Assembly: GCA_964016885.1 (NCBI GenBank)
Contig: OZ024761.1
Location: 1,550,001-1,614,000, forward strand
DNA from: Eledone cirrhosa
Lineage: Eukaryota
Direction of reading: 5' to 3'
Length of the DNA stretch: 64,000 nucleotides
This document shows, piece after piece, positions 45,945-59,134 of this stretch (positions within the stretch are counted from its first letter, which is position 1; each line of letters begins with the position of its first letter). The notes under the pieces were generated by a model. The model was not told where the DNA came from. It ran no database searches and saw nothing but the letters and a program-made list of their open reading frames with translations. Made by a program: the position numbers and the translations under genes.

Positions 45945-46000
45945 TTTTCAATGTTTGTACATATAATTGACCTCCTATCCAACGCAAGAGACATACAGAT

Positions 46001-46166
46001 ACATCAGTTTGAGTGACCAGTTACAGTTAGTTTCAACAGAAAGAGGTATTGAATTCTGGCCGGTTTTGGCCGGTTTGAACATTAAAGGTTTAAATGTAAG
46101 TTCTCCATAACGCATTGTTTGGCTTCCAAACTTTAAATTTGTGTTTCCTATTCAACAATGCTTTAA

Positions 46167-46232
<66 letters not shown>

Positions 46233-46414
46233 AAGTTTTGTAGCTTGCTTGAAGCATTGTTGAATAGGAAACACAAATTTAAAGTTTGGAAGCCAAACAA
46301 TGCGTTATGGAGAACTAACATTTAATCCTTTAATGTTCAAACCGGCCCAAACCGGCCAGAATTCAATACCTCTTTCTGTTGAAACTGACTGTAACTGGTC
46401 ACTCAAACTGATGT
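46001..46414. repeat. Inverted repeat, ~168-bp arms around (TA)n
   Basis: 46001-46169 is the reverse complement of ~46246-46414; the arms include half of the piggyBac-like MITE. Confidence 0.9.
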
Positions 46415-46549
46415 TAAGGTATTGTTCTCAAAATAAATACTTTCAAAATCTCATAGATTCAATATTAGGTGAGATAATTATGCGAGGTAAAGCCTTTAGC
46501 ATGAAAATATAACAGTATATATAGAGTAATGTGAATGCTAAAGGGTTAA
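46322..46549 (+). mobile_element. piggyBac-like MITE copy
   Basis: ttaatcctttaatgttc...aatgctaaagggttaa, colinear with the 24392 copy. Confidence 0.7.
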
Positions 46550-46627
46550 CTTAAATCTGCTCTCCAAACAAGCAAGTCAATCTGATCGATTTTTAAGTCT
46601 CTCATAGGAATACTCCATTTAAATTTG

Positions 46628-46858
46628 TGTGATGCGCATGGAGGATGACTGCTGGGTGAAGAAGAGTCAAGAAATCCCAGTAGAAGGAAGACGCAGTCGA
46701 GGAAGACCACGAAAAACATGGGCGGAGGTGGTGAGAACAGACCTCAGATCATTGAAGCTCACGGATGAGATGACGAATGGAGAGATGTCGTTCTTAATAA
46801 GACCCGTCTCACCCTTGCAAGCAAGGAAAAGCGGACGTAAAATGATGATGATGATGAT
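46628..46858 (+). mobile_element. RTE LINE 3' end fragment
   Basis: VMRMEDDCWVKK...GRRSRGRPRKTW; (GAT)n tail. Confidence 0.85.
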
Positions 46859-47172
46859 TATATATATATATATATATCTAATATATATTTGTGAAATGGG
46901 TGGTGGTTGAAATTCAGATGTGCACGGTTAAATGGTAGTAGACGACGTCGGACTGACATGAAAATTTACACACCTATGTAAAAAGTGCCGAGGTATGTAA
47001 ATAGACAAGGTTTCAAATCTCTAACTTGAAAAATGTGGTCCCTGGGGCCCCAAAACTATCGCGTTCGGTGAGTTATTTCCCCCTGTTCTAATACTTTTGT
47101 CCTATTTACAATTTCATACAAATAAAGCAGTAAATAAAAGATTATGAGTTCATGCAATTGACTTATGTTTCG

Positions 47173-47266
<94 letters not shown>

Positions 47267-47403
47267 GAAAACGATTTAATAAAAAAAAATATCAACTGTA
47301 ATGTATGTATGCATGCATTTATGTGTTTATATGAGCGGGGATATGCAAGTAAATCTTACTTTGTGAACAGCTTATCCTTAGCATAATATTCATGCTAGAA
47401 CAG

Positions 47404-50113
47404 TTTAGACTTTAACAGTATTGGTTATTGAGTAGTCGCCACTTTAACAGGGTAGAGGATTGAAGGTCGTTAGTTGCCAGTGTGGTAAGTGATAGTATCC
47501 TCGTTGGATTATCTTGTTGACATAGACGTGAGGGAAGGTCCCTCGATCTATTTACCATCTATTTACAATAACCCTTTCGTCAGGTCGCCAATTCCAGCAG
47601 CATTGATTAAAGATGTTATTGAGACACGAGTAACATAACAACGACCCCAACAGCAGTAATTAGAGATGGAATGTATGTTTATTTATATGGTTGAAGTTAC
47701 AGATAAAAAGAGGTTACAAAAGGGAATGTGCCATTGCGCCGTTAAGCCGGTGAGGCTAGGGGGTGCAATATCTCACTGTTACATTATGCGTCTTGCTGGC
47801 TTGAAGTTTCCGGTACAAGAGAGAGATTCTTCAAATCTTCGCGGGGAATTTCTTCCTCAGGGCGCGTAGGGATACATCCTCTTCTACTGGCGCTGATTGG
47901 CTGAACTGAGCCAAATCACGCACAGAGAATGTATGTGAGCCCGCGGAATGTAGGTCACTACATCACCTCCGACCAGATTTTCAGCCGAAAATCGATAACG
48001 AAGAAACCAAGGACCCACATATTATTAAATCAGCAAGAACAAATGCTGAAAGAGCACATCAGTGAAAAAAATAATTGAGCAGAAGGTTGCATGCAAGAAC
48101 AAAAAATGAGGCGCTACGGGCCGTGTTGAGCCGCTGTGTCAAATGACCAATTGTTTTGTTGTTTATACGTGACCGCCAAAGGTCTAACAAAAAACGGATA
48201 AAGTCTGACATGGGCGAAGTTGCTGTTCTTGCATTAAATGTTAATGGTAAGCGTTGTACCAGTAGCTGTGAACGAAGCTATTATGGTAGTTTACCAGTGC
48301 TGGCGAGAAAATGATGGCCTCCAGATGTATTGTCGAATGTGCTGTGGAGCCAGGAAAAAATGGCTGGTTGCTTTGTAAAGAAAAAAAGGGAAGTTTAGTC
48401 TGTAGGTGAGTTGCAGTGTAAATTCCATAATTTGGGCGAATCCACAGAAGTGGCTGAAATACTGACAAGTCCAGTTCAATTTGTTGCTTTCCCAGCGAGT
48501 CGGGCAAAAACAACAAGACGGATGGCCGTCATGGACGATCAGTGTGCAACGAGATGCGAAGCTGTTCGAGTTCAGCTGCAATTAGTATTCTCGTGTTGCG
48601 GTGTCTGTTTGAATCCAGTGGATTAAGCTCTGTGAGCTGCTAGCATGTGACAGCATCTCAACCAGGTGAAAAGGGACTCGCAGAATATTACGTTTGAAGA
48701 ACATATACCAAGAACTACATGTTGGTGTGTAATAAAAAAAAATGTGTGCATATGCAGGCATGTAAAACAGCAAAGAATGTGAATGAACAAAAACCATTAG
48801 CAAGCAAATAGCAAAAGAGCACAAAACAAGTAAATGCATTCTACAAAGAAATATGTGAATGTAAGAAACTGATAATTCAAAGTCAATCTAAGGGAGCAGA
48901 GAAATTGCCCAATAAGTTCAAAGTTTTTCAAAGTCAAATAGTTCACACATCACCAGTGTACAGACACTAGTTCTATCTGAAAACTGAAAAAGAATTTTGT
49001 TAATGCCGTTAGTGGTTATATGTATGGTGTTTTTGTGAGATTTCGTGGCCATTTTACCGTCCCGCCACACGGTTGTGTTGCTTATTGTTAAAGCAAAGTC
49101 AAAGAATCTTCTGTAGAGTAGGAGTCACCAAATATGGCAGCCACGTCTGACGCCATAATGGTGAGAAAACTACTGTCTCAATTTCTCGCGTCCCTGTGGT
49201 AACGAGACAGAAGGTATGGTGGTTGCGTCGGTAAAGTTACAAGCCATTTTGAAATTTCCGATGTGTGGTGGTTGGCGTCGGTAAGGTTATGAAGCTGCCA
49301 CTCACTGTTCCCTGTATTGGTCAGTGGTTAAACAACGCTGTCGCTGCTGCTGTCGTTGTTGTTGTCAAGTGTAGCCAGGACATTTCGGTAGCCAACTTGA
49401 AATTTTTTCGTGGCGAAAAAGTTTTTGAAATACTGCCAATTTTTCAAAAGATTTTGAAAGGAATATATTTTATTTTCGCAAGCTGCGACGTGGCAATAAA
49501 AGTTAAACTGAATGAATAAGAAGGGCTGCGTTAAATTCTTACGTCGGTCACCACTTTAGACTTTAACAGTATTGGTTATTGAGTAGTCGCCACTTTAACA
49601 GGGTAAAGGATTGAAGGTCGTTAGTTGCCAGTGTGGTAAGTGATAGTATCCTCGTTGGATTATCTTGTTGACATAGACGTGAGGGAAGGTCCCTCGATCT
49701 ATTTACCATCTATTTACAATATCCCTTTCGTCAGGTCGCCAATTCCAGCAGCATGGATTAAAGATGTCATTGAGACACGAGTAACATAACAACGACCCCA
49801 ACAGCAGTAATTAGAGATGGAATGTATGTTTATTTATATGGTTGAAGTTACAGATAAAAAGAGGTTACAAAAGGGAATGTGCCATTGCGCCGTTAAGCCG
49901 GCGAGGCTAGGGGGTGCAATATCTCACTGTTACATTATGCGTCTTGCTGGCTTGAAGTTTCCGGTACAAGAGAGAGATTCTTCAAATCTTCGCGGGGAAT
50001 TTCTTCCTCAGGGCGCGTAGGGATACATCCTCTTCTACTGGCGCTGATTGGCTGAACTGAGCCAAATCACGCACAGAGAATGTATGTGAGCCCGCGGAAT
50101 GTAGGTCACTACA
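47404..50113 (-). mobile_element. Non-autonomous LTR retrotransposon (Gypsy-like), recent insertion
   Basis: 559-bp LTRs at 47404-47962 and 49555-50113 with about 5 differences seen by eye; 4-bp TSD ACAG; PBS-like TGGTGACCGACGT; purine-rich GGTCGGAGGTGA before the 3' LTR; no long ORF. Confidence 0.88.
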
Positions 50114-50699
50114 ACAGCATATATTTGAAAGTTTTCAGGGAGTTGAATTACTGATTTTGGATCGGCAGCTTTAGCTTTGAAAAAATGAAATGTGTAGTGT
50201 AAACATTTTTTATTATTCCTCCGGGGATGAATCTTCTCTGCATTTTTCCATCTCCTTCTTTCTCTCTGGAAGAACTCAGCCGTAGTAAGACCTAAAAAAA
50301 TGGTTAGATACACCATGACGCTCCGTGCATAACGGTGGAGTTGAAAAGCAGACTCAGAACATGGCGTTGTGTGGGGTGGCTCGCAGCCCAATGTTCCAGG
50401 GAGAGCAAAAGAAGAAGAAGAAGAAGAAGAAGAAGAAGATGTGAGCTGAAGTCCTATCAGATATGTAGGTTGTGTCTTAAATTGAAGGTTTAGTAGAAAC
50501 AATTCATGTATAGTTTTGTACTTTTCTTTTTGTCATTCATATATAAACAAATCTACTATATAAATTGGAAGTGGTTGGACGTTGTATATGTAAGGTGTAG
50601 TCGGATAAACATCGAAATGGCTTGGTGGGTCGACTTTCAAGCTACAAGCTTCCATGGTTACAGAGAAAATCGATGAAACAGGAATTTCCCATTCAAATT

Positions 50700-50940
50700 G
50701 AACTGAGAGTAATCTGTGAACGCAGAAGTAATTATTTCGAGAAACGTTGCAACCGAACGAAAACAGGAGACGATATTTTAGTTCGTGAAGACGTTCCCTG
50801 GCAATGAACGGGAAAAAAGCGAGGATAATACGTCGTTATGTGGAACGTAAAGAACAATTTCATGCAAAGACAGGACCAAGTTTATGGTATAAATGGAGTC
50901 GTTAGACTAATATTCTATATAAAATAACAGAATGATTGCC
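50700..50940 (-). repeat. Diverged inverted copy of 39910-40110
   Basis: Shared blocks such as cggttgcaacgtt and tataccataaac in reverse complement. Confidence 0.7.
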
Positions 50941-51129
50941 AGCCCCGGAGTTTAAGAATGATGTAAATAAAATTGAAAACGAAAATGACAGAGGTTATTA
51001 AAATAGTAAAAGTAAATAATGAAGATTTAGGCCAGTACATACGTATGCCCCGACGGACATACACATACATACGCACACACAAATAATACCCCCCCCCCCC
51101 ACACACACACACAAACACACGCACACACA

Positions 51130-51590
51130 CGAACGCACGCGCGTATGTATAAACCTTATGCATTTCTACAGTATTTTCACCAAACTTAAGACATAGGTTA
51201 CTTATGTACTCCGGATGGTCATGGGCACTGTTTTTTTTTTCAGATATTGATTATAGGGCCTCCTGGCAGATAACCCCTTTAACCACTTCAACCACTTCCT
51301 TGTAGTAGACTGAAGCACTGCAGTGCAATGCAACAAAACGTCATAACTTCTGGAGTTCGCAACCGATTTTCACAAAACTTGACACATGGGCTACGTTTGT
51401 TCTACAGATGAATGTGAACTCTCAGAATTGGCACATATTGGGTAGGGGACCCCTGGGGGCAGGAACCCCCTTTTGGAAAAAGCCGATGATTTTGTAAAAG
51501 TATAGTTTTCGAAGCAGCACTGAAGTATTGACATAAATGGTATACACAATTGCTATTTAATATCCGAGCAAGGCCGGGTACCTCTGCTAG
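51130..51590 (+). mobile_element. Helitron-like non-autonomous element, 3' end
   Basis: ccgagcaaggccggg hairpin followed by CTAG|T, same motif as at 33270; internal subrepeats; 5' boundary unknown. Confidence 0.6.
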
Positions 51591-51743
51591 TATATATATA
51601 TTTTGAGTATGTGTTGGTTGTTTACCGACACCTCAGTATGCAGGTTGGAGGACTCGATGAAGTATGCCAGTTGGTTTGTTTACTCCGAAGTAATGTAAAA
51701 TAATGTGTAAGTCAAACATGTTAATGTTAGCTTCGTTTATTCT

Positions 51744-51810
51744 AATTCTCTGCTATATATATTTCAATGACAGCCATTATTGGCTGTGACCTCATCAGCC
51801 AGTAAGAATT
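51744..51810 (-). ncRNA. Minimal hammerhead motif, paralog of 44942-44996
   Basis: CUGG-CUGAUGA-GGUCACAGCCAAUAAUGGCUGUCAUU-GAAA-UAUAUA-UA-GCAG. Canonical core with a G.G mismatch at the base of stem I. Confidence 0.72.
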
Positions 51811-52211
51811 AATGTAGAAAAAACAGGTAAACATGGTGTTGTAATGAGTTCCGTTCTGATAATTCATCAATATGTCCAGCTCCTGGATGTGTTGTTAGTC
51901 CTCAGAGAAACTGGAATCATAGTTATGATTCCAGTTCCTCTGGCTGTCACTAAAATATATATAGCAGAGAATTAGAATAAACGAAGCCAACTTTAAGATG
52001 TTTGACTTACACATTTTATTTTATATATGGGCCTGTTATTTTTATCTAAAGACATTTTTTCCAATCCCACCCCGCCCGTCCCATCAATCTATCTTATTTC
52101 TCATTCTTTCTTCTTCTGATGGACTAGCTATATCAAGCGTTAACCTAATATATCCCTTCCATATACTGTACCGATTGTGTTGTTATTTCTGTTTACCTTT
52201 TACATACATAC

Positions 52212-52293
<82 letters not shown>

Positions 52294-52321
52294 ATAATAT
52301 ATGGCTGTTGTTCTTACTTAC

Positions 52322-52369
52322 AGTTTCCTGGATACCTTCATCAGTAAGTTCAACTTCGTTGTCAAATCC
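52322..52369 (-). CDS. Possible SLC34 N-terminal micro-exon, GFDNEVELTDEGIQET
   Basis: tttcattttcag|GGA...ACT|gtaagt, 48 nt, phase 0-0, acidic. Assignment to this gene is inferred. Confidence 0.55.
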
Positions 52370-52409
52370 CTGAAAATGAAAAATAATAATAATAATAGTA
52401 ATAATAATA

Positions 52410-55400
52410 ATAATGATTTCCTTTATTGGTCACAACGGCCGACATATAGGGGACAATACAAAAGACTGGGACAGTGGGGTTTTACAGAAAAATCGAGTAA
52501 ACAATATGAATAACAATAACAAAGTAACAAGAAAATTACAACAAGAAAAAATTCCCCAATAGGGGCGATGACCATCAAGGGTTCGCTCAGGTACCCCACC
52601 AGTCCTGAACGACCCGACGCTTCGAGAGCACCCTGGAAGGGCACCCCTCTCCTCCTCAAATTTACCTACCTACAGCCGCATTACCAGAGTAGGCCCACTC
52701 ACACGGGCCATTCTCGCCACATTCACCCACCTTTCAGCAAATGTACTGGGGGGCAGCACTTCTCTCTCCACCCTCACCTTCCTTTCTCAAATGAAACTTG
52801 AAAAAGTTGAGGGATTGGCCGAAGAGAAAAGTGTCTGTCTTCAGTCCTTTCAACCTCGTCCACCATACAACCTCTTTCGCTACTGCCACCAGACAGAGGA
52901 AAATTGCTTGCCCTTCCTGGCCAAAAGAAGGTGGCGGGTCGATCTTCACTATGGACTCGGCCGATAGCCGGATCCGTTCTACACGCGACAACAGCTGTTC
53001 AACATAACTCCACAAGTCAGTAATGCACGGATACTGGACGAGTGCGTGCAGAACGGTTTCGTCGCTCTGCGCACATCTCGGGCAGGTCCGTCTGACAGCA
53101 CTTCCGTGCCTGTAGAGTTTATCTCGAACCGGCAGTGCCCCCCGGTAGCACTGCCAAGCGAGGGATTTTTGGAAATTATCCATCGTCCCCGGCTCGAAAG
53201 TCCTCCGGTACAGACTGGTTAGTTCGACTTCGTTGACTCCCAGAGCCTCTCCGAGTGCGTCGTCGCACTTGTCCACCACTAATCCTCTATAGAACTCGAG
53301 AGTGGAAGTTCCACTGACCGCATTGCCCGCCTGGTAGAGGGCAGTGAGTGTCTGGCAACATTCCAGGTGCCAGTCACCCAGTCTCGGTCTCTTCTTGAAC
53401 CAGGACTGCAGTTCAGTCAAAAAAACGAGCTGCGGAAAGGCCCGTCTGACAAACGGCGGCCACATCTGTTCACCGTTTAGGCAGAATATCTGGAGATGCC
53501 GCAACCTCAGCGCGTGCCTGCGCATCATTAGCCATGGCATGCCCAACCCTCCACGTAGATGGTGCTGGCAGCATATGGACCGCCTCACCAGCGGAAACTG
53601 ACCCCTCCACAAGAATTTGAAGAGGAGCCGTTCCAAGATGGCGAGGCGCGAACGGGAGCAAGGGACGACGGTCAGACGGTTGTAGATGAGGGTCGCGATG
53701 TACGCGTTCGCCACCTCCGCCCGACCTTTCAGTGATAGCTTCATCCCAGCCCATTTATGGGTGAGACTGGCTACCTGCCCGTGACCTCGTCCCAATTCTT
53801 ATCCACCTGGAGGTCTGGCCCGAACCAAACCCCTAGCAACTTTACCGGCCCGTCCGTCCAGCGCCTAACGACGCTGTTGGACGGCATGGACTTGCCTCTC
53901 CAGGTGCTGAGTTGCAAGCCCACCGACTTTTCCGGGTTAAGTTTTGCTCCCGTCAACCTTTCATATTCCTCCAATAAGTTGCCGACCACCTCGATTTCTG
54001 AGGTGTCCGACACCATCACGGTGATGTCGTCCGCATAAGCCGACACAGCCTTTCCGCGTCCCGGTTCGAGTGGGATGCCCTGCAACAGCTCCAGCTTCCG
54101 CATTAAAGGCTCGAGAGTCAATACGTACAGAAGGGAGGAGAGAGGGCACCCTTGACGGACCGATCGGGAAACCTGAAACGGTTCCGAGAGGTGGCCATTA
54201 ATTTTGACCATCGAGCAGGTGTCGCTGAGCATTGCAGCAATCCAGCTTCTGAAAACGGGGCCGAAGCCAACCGCCTTGAGGACAGCCTCCAGGTACCGAT
54301 GGTCGACCCTATCGAATGCTTTCGATTGATCTAAATTGATCAGAGCTCCACCGAAGCCAGGTTTACACCCTACCCTCTCTATGATGTATCGCATTAGGTG
54401 GAGGTTGTCGTGTATGGACCTGGTTGGGATTGCGCAAGTTTGCGCCTCCCCAACCAAATCCTCGACGACAAGCGCCAACCTCTTCGCTAACACCCTGGCC
54501 AAAATCTTAAACTCTGTGTTGAGCAGAGTTATGGGCCTGAAATTGTCTAATGTGTCCCTCTTGTTCTCGTCTTTCCTTATCAGCGTCACTTTTTCTGCCA
54601 GTTGCAGTAGAGGGCTTCGAGGAGATTGGAGAACAAGTCTGGCATATTTACGTAAAGCTCGTAGGGCAGACCATCCAAACCTTATGCAGCCGACAAGGGC
54701 ATCCTGAATCTCGGCTGAAGTAATTGGCCTTTCGCAGCTTCCAGCGGCAGCCGTCGAGAGTTGCGGCAAGCCATCGAGGTAGGGACTGAAGTCCGCCACC
54801 ATCTCTGACCCGCCACTTCCCCCGAACAACCGAGCAAAATGTTGGCGAAAGGCCTCACACATCCACTTGGAATCGCTCAGCTCGTACCCGTCTCGGTCCG
54901 TCAAAGACCGAATCGTGGTTTTATTACCACGCTGGGCCTCTGCAACGCGGGCCCATCGAACAGCTTTGGTTCCCTCGTTTCTCAGAGCACGCGCCTTAGC
55001 TCTGACAATGCAACCTTCGTGTTTCGCATTGAAGAAATGGTCTAATGCCATTCTCGCCGCTAGCACATCAGTTGCAATGCCACTACCAATAGCCTCGTCT
55101 ATCTTATCTACCAACTCCCCCTCCTTTCTATTTTTCTTTAACGCTACTTCTTTGCTAAACTCTATCGACATTACTCTAATCTCTCTTTTGAGAGCCCCCC
55201 ACCATCTAGTGTTGACGACTCCCCCTGTCAACTTTTTCTTAACTAAATTGTTGACCTGGTCCCTGTAAGCCTTACGAGCCGGAAATGACATGTTTAACTT
55301 CCAGTAACCAGGTCCTAACCTACGCGTCTTATCTTGGTCGACCATACAGATCACAAACTTGTGATCTGAATAGGCGACCGTTTCAAAACGTGGACAGCTT

Positions 55401-58030
55401 ACACTATTTCTGTCTATTTTCCTAATGAATATCCTGTCTATATACGATCTAGATGACCCTATGCGGTTAGCCCAGGTCCACACTGGTGCATTAGGGAAAT
55501 CTAGTCGGTACCTGTCAGACAGTTGGAACTGGCTGATCAGGTTCTTGAGGCTTTTGCACCCTCCGCTCCTATCGGATACTCCCACACAGTCCCAGCGTGC
55601 GTCTAAGATGCCGTTCCAGTCCCCCGCTAACAGTAAAGGGCGAGACGTACCCAGAAAGGCTTCCAGGCGTCTAAAGAAGTCCGGCCGCCCTGCCCCAGTA
55701 GAAGCATAGACGGCCACCAGTCTAAAGGCACCACCTTCGTTATTGTTCACGTCCAGGACCACCAACTTCCCGTCCGGGTCCCGGAAGATCGACCTTACCT
55801 CGAGATCCAGGCCTTTCCTAAACAGCACTGCCACCCCGCCTCCCATTCCCGGCTGGCTAACAGATGCAAAGATCTGATAGTCGTCGAAAATGGGGGCTAG
55901 TGCGCGCGTGTCGGAAATCCTGGTCTCGCTGATTGCAATTACATCCATTTCTATAGACCTGAGGTCGTTGAGCAGGTGACCCTGCTTCCAGGCCTCGAAC
56001 ATTTAAACATCCTACTTTTAATACGGCCATGTTGGCAGGTTAAACAGAGAGAGAGGAAGGTTTACTTACCTTCCGGGCTCTTGTGAAGGTCGGGTTGTTC
56101 GACCTCCATAATTGGTGGGGTTTCTTTTGGGAACCCCTTTAAAAATCTTGAAGTGGGTTTTACGTTCGGGGTTCCCACGTCCCGAGGAAAGCTGTCTCGT
56201 ATTTCTTTGAATATGTCGAGCGACATTCGCACCAAAACCAAATCTTCCGGCACGCGAAATGTACTCGATTTAAAAATTTCCCCCTCTTTTTTTATATTTT
56301 CACTTCGTGCTACGAGGGCCATCAGTTCCTTGTTGGCCCTTCTGACGAGCACGAAGTTTTGTATGTTTTGTTGGTGTGATTTTATTTGTTTGCGTGGCTG
56401 TGGTTTTTGGTGGTGTTGTTTCGGTTGAATCTGTGTTTGTTGTGAGTGCGGTGTCTGTGGTTTCAGATGTTTGTGTGTATATTTGTTCTTGCGTCTGTTT
56501 GGGTTGTTTGCGTTTGGGGGATTCTGGTGATGGTGATGGTGGTGTTGACGTTGGTGTTGGTGTTATTGGAGAGATGTTTGCGTGGGTGGTGTCTGCGTTT
56601 TTTATTGTGGGTGATTTTGTGTTTTTTTGAGTTTTTCTTTTTCTTTTTGTGTTTCCTTTTTTGTATTTTGAGGGATTTTGGTTTTCCCTCATCTTCACTA
56701 CTGATAGATGAGGGGTCTGTGTCTGTAAGTGTGTCTGTATGTCTGTTTATGGTTTTATTGGTGTGTGTATTTTTTTTTGGGGGGGGGGGGGATTTGACAG
56801 CTTTCCTCGTATCCCCCCTGGGTGGTCTTTCTATTGGTGTTGTTGTTGGTGGTTTTTGCCGGTGCTGGTGTTGGTTGTGGTCCTCGCCCCGGCGTCGGCA
56901 GCAGTGAAGCCTTTCGACCCCTTGCTTCTTTCAGCAGTTGAGGGCAGAAGGCTCGCAAATGGGTTTTTTCCCCACAAACAAAACACTGCGACCTTTTGCC
57001 TTCGGTCATAATGTGAATGACAGTCCCATTCTGAAGGCGGGTGTGGTCCGGGATTGTCTTCACATTCTCGGGCCTGATCTGGAGAAGGATCTCCAGGTCA
57101 ACCCCGGACCAGTCCTCTCTTGCCGTTCTGGTCACTTCTATAGGGACGGATCCGTCCCCTCCACAATCACACACCCCAGAAGCCACCACATGTCAAGTCC
57201 TGGTGGGATTCTGGGAATGTGGGAGGGGTACATTATGACCTTGCTGGTTTTGCAAGGAGTCATAGCGTGTTTCATAGCGAGGGCTTCTGACTTGAACAAC
57301 ACCGAAATGGTGCCGTACTGTCTGCCTCTCTCTATCTACTGGGTGTCTTCTCTGATGCACCACAGCGCGACTTCGACATCTTCTTGTGGGATTAAAGCTG
57401 CCCTTTTGGTTTGTGCTGAGATGCATCTATAATGCACCGTTCTGCGCTCCACTGCCTCAATAGCTTCTACCGGGACAGTTAAGTTTGCCCAGCTTTGCTC
57501 TTGCTTGATGAGCTTCCATGCCTGGGCCAACTTTTCATCTTTGTTTGAGAGGTCCATGTTGAAGCATGGCCTCTTTTTTGCTGCTGCCGCAGCGAAAGTG
57601 TTATTCTTGTTTTTGTTGGGGGTGTTGTGGTCGCTTTCGTTGTCCTTGTTGGTGTTGTTGTTAGCACTGTCGCTGTTATCATTGTTGTCTTTGTTGCCAC
57701 CGTTGTTCTCAGTGCAGTTGGTATTGTTGCTGTTGGTGTTGTCGGTATTTGTTTTCATGTTAGTGGTGTTCATATTGTTGTTGTATTTGTTATTTTTTTT
57801 TTTGTTATCTGTATTTTCGTTGTCGCTGTTACTGTCATTTTTTTCAAAATTAGAGTTCTCATTGGTATCATTGGTGTCTTTGTTTACCTTGTTTGTGGTG
57901 GTGTTTGTGTTATCAATGTGCGTTAATTTCGCTGTAGCGCTCCTCTCAACTTCTACGTCGTTGTCGCACGACAGCCGACATATCGCTGCCCCCCCCCCCC
58001 CCCCCCCCAGCGATATGTCAGCCATGTTTT
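52410..58030 (-). mobile_element. Near full-length Tx1/L1-clade LINE with frameshifts
   Basis: ORF1 remnants with zinc knuckle CFVCGEKTHLRAFC. ORF2 starts ~56030 (MAVLKVGCLNVRGL) with ISET, GDWN, YIDR, SDH, FRPITLLN, DQSKAFDRV, RQGCPLS, YADD and C-terminal CPRC...ETVLHAL. (ATT)n tail. Confidence 0.95.
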
Positions 58031-58069
58031 TTTTTCTTCGTAAATTTTTTAACATGTAAAAAAAGTTCA

Positions 58070-58370
58070 AATATTTGGGCCAAAATACAAAGACAGGGAC
58101 GGACAGTGGGGGGTTTACAATAAGGTGGAGTAAAAGTGCACAATGGCAAGACTAATTTAACAATGAAGATATAAAAAATATAAAATAAACTATGCATAAA
58201 TATAACAAAATAAATTCTTCTATATGGGGTGGACGACCCAGGGGTGACTCAGATACCCCACCGATCCTGAACCACACTCCTCAAGTTAGCTAGCCTATAG
58301 GCGCATGGTCAGAGTAGGCCCATTCACAAGGGCCATTCTCGCCACATTCATCCACCTTTTAACAAATGTA
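58070..58370 (-). mobile_element. 3' end fragment of a related Tx1/L1 element
   Basis: aggcccattcacaagggccattctcgccacattc matches ~52690-52745. Confidence 0.8.
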
Positions 58371-58725
58371 TAATAATAATAATAATTGTTTCTACTTTTG
58401 GCACAAGGCCAGCAATTTTGGGGGAGGATGTAAAGGACCGTAACTCTATGACACGAGGCAGGATGTCGGATGCTCTACTGATTACTGCCAATCCACCACC
58501 CTAATAATAATAATAATAACAATGATAGTAATAATTGTTTCTACTTTTGGCACAAAGCCAGCAATTATCCCAGTGTATTACTGGTACTTTATTTCATCGA
58601 CCCCGTAAGGATGAAAGGCAAAGCTAACCTCGGCGGGATTTGAACTCAGACCATAAAGGACCGTAACTCCATGCTGCAAAGCATGGCGTCCGACCCTCTT
58701 CCAATACTGCCAATCCACCACCCTT

Positions 58726-58740
<15 letters not shown>
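58370..58740 (-). mobile_element. SINE family A copies
   Basis: Family core and (aat)n. Confidence 0.85.
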
Positions 58741-58757
<17 letters not shown>

Positions 58758-59134
58758 GAAGAAGAAGAAGAAGAAGAAGAAAGGGGAAGGTGGCGGTATC
58801 ACTAGACAAGGGAGAGGCTAGCAAAAGATATAAATAGATTGACTTAGTGACCTGGCCACCGGCCAAACGTCAACATCAACAACTATGGGACTGCTGGCTC
58901 ACCCCTTCCTCACCAACAATATAAAAAGCCCCGGCACCACCACCGACATAGCCAACAACAATAACAGGCAACTACAGCAAAAAGTATATTATATTATTGT
59001 AATGCACTGGGTGATTGCTGGCCTTGTGCCTGGAGTGGAGACAATTATTAATAATTTCATTCTTAAGCCACGCAATGCTCACATTAAGGAACCACTCATG
59101 ATAATAACAATTTAAAAAAAACAACAAAAAGAAA

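Noticed and set aside
47666-50020. Duplicated 67-aa ORF as a small gene pair
   Set aside because: Both copies lie inside the LTRs and have no recognisable domain.
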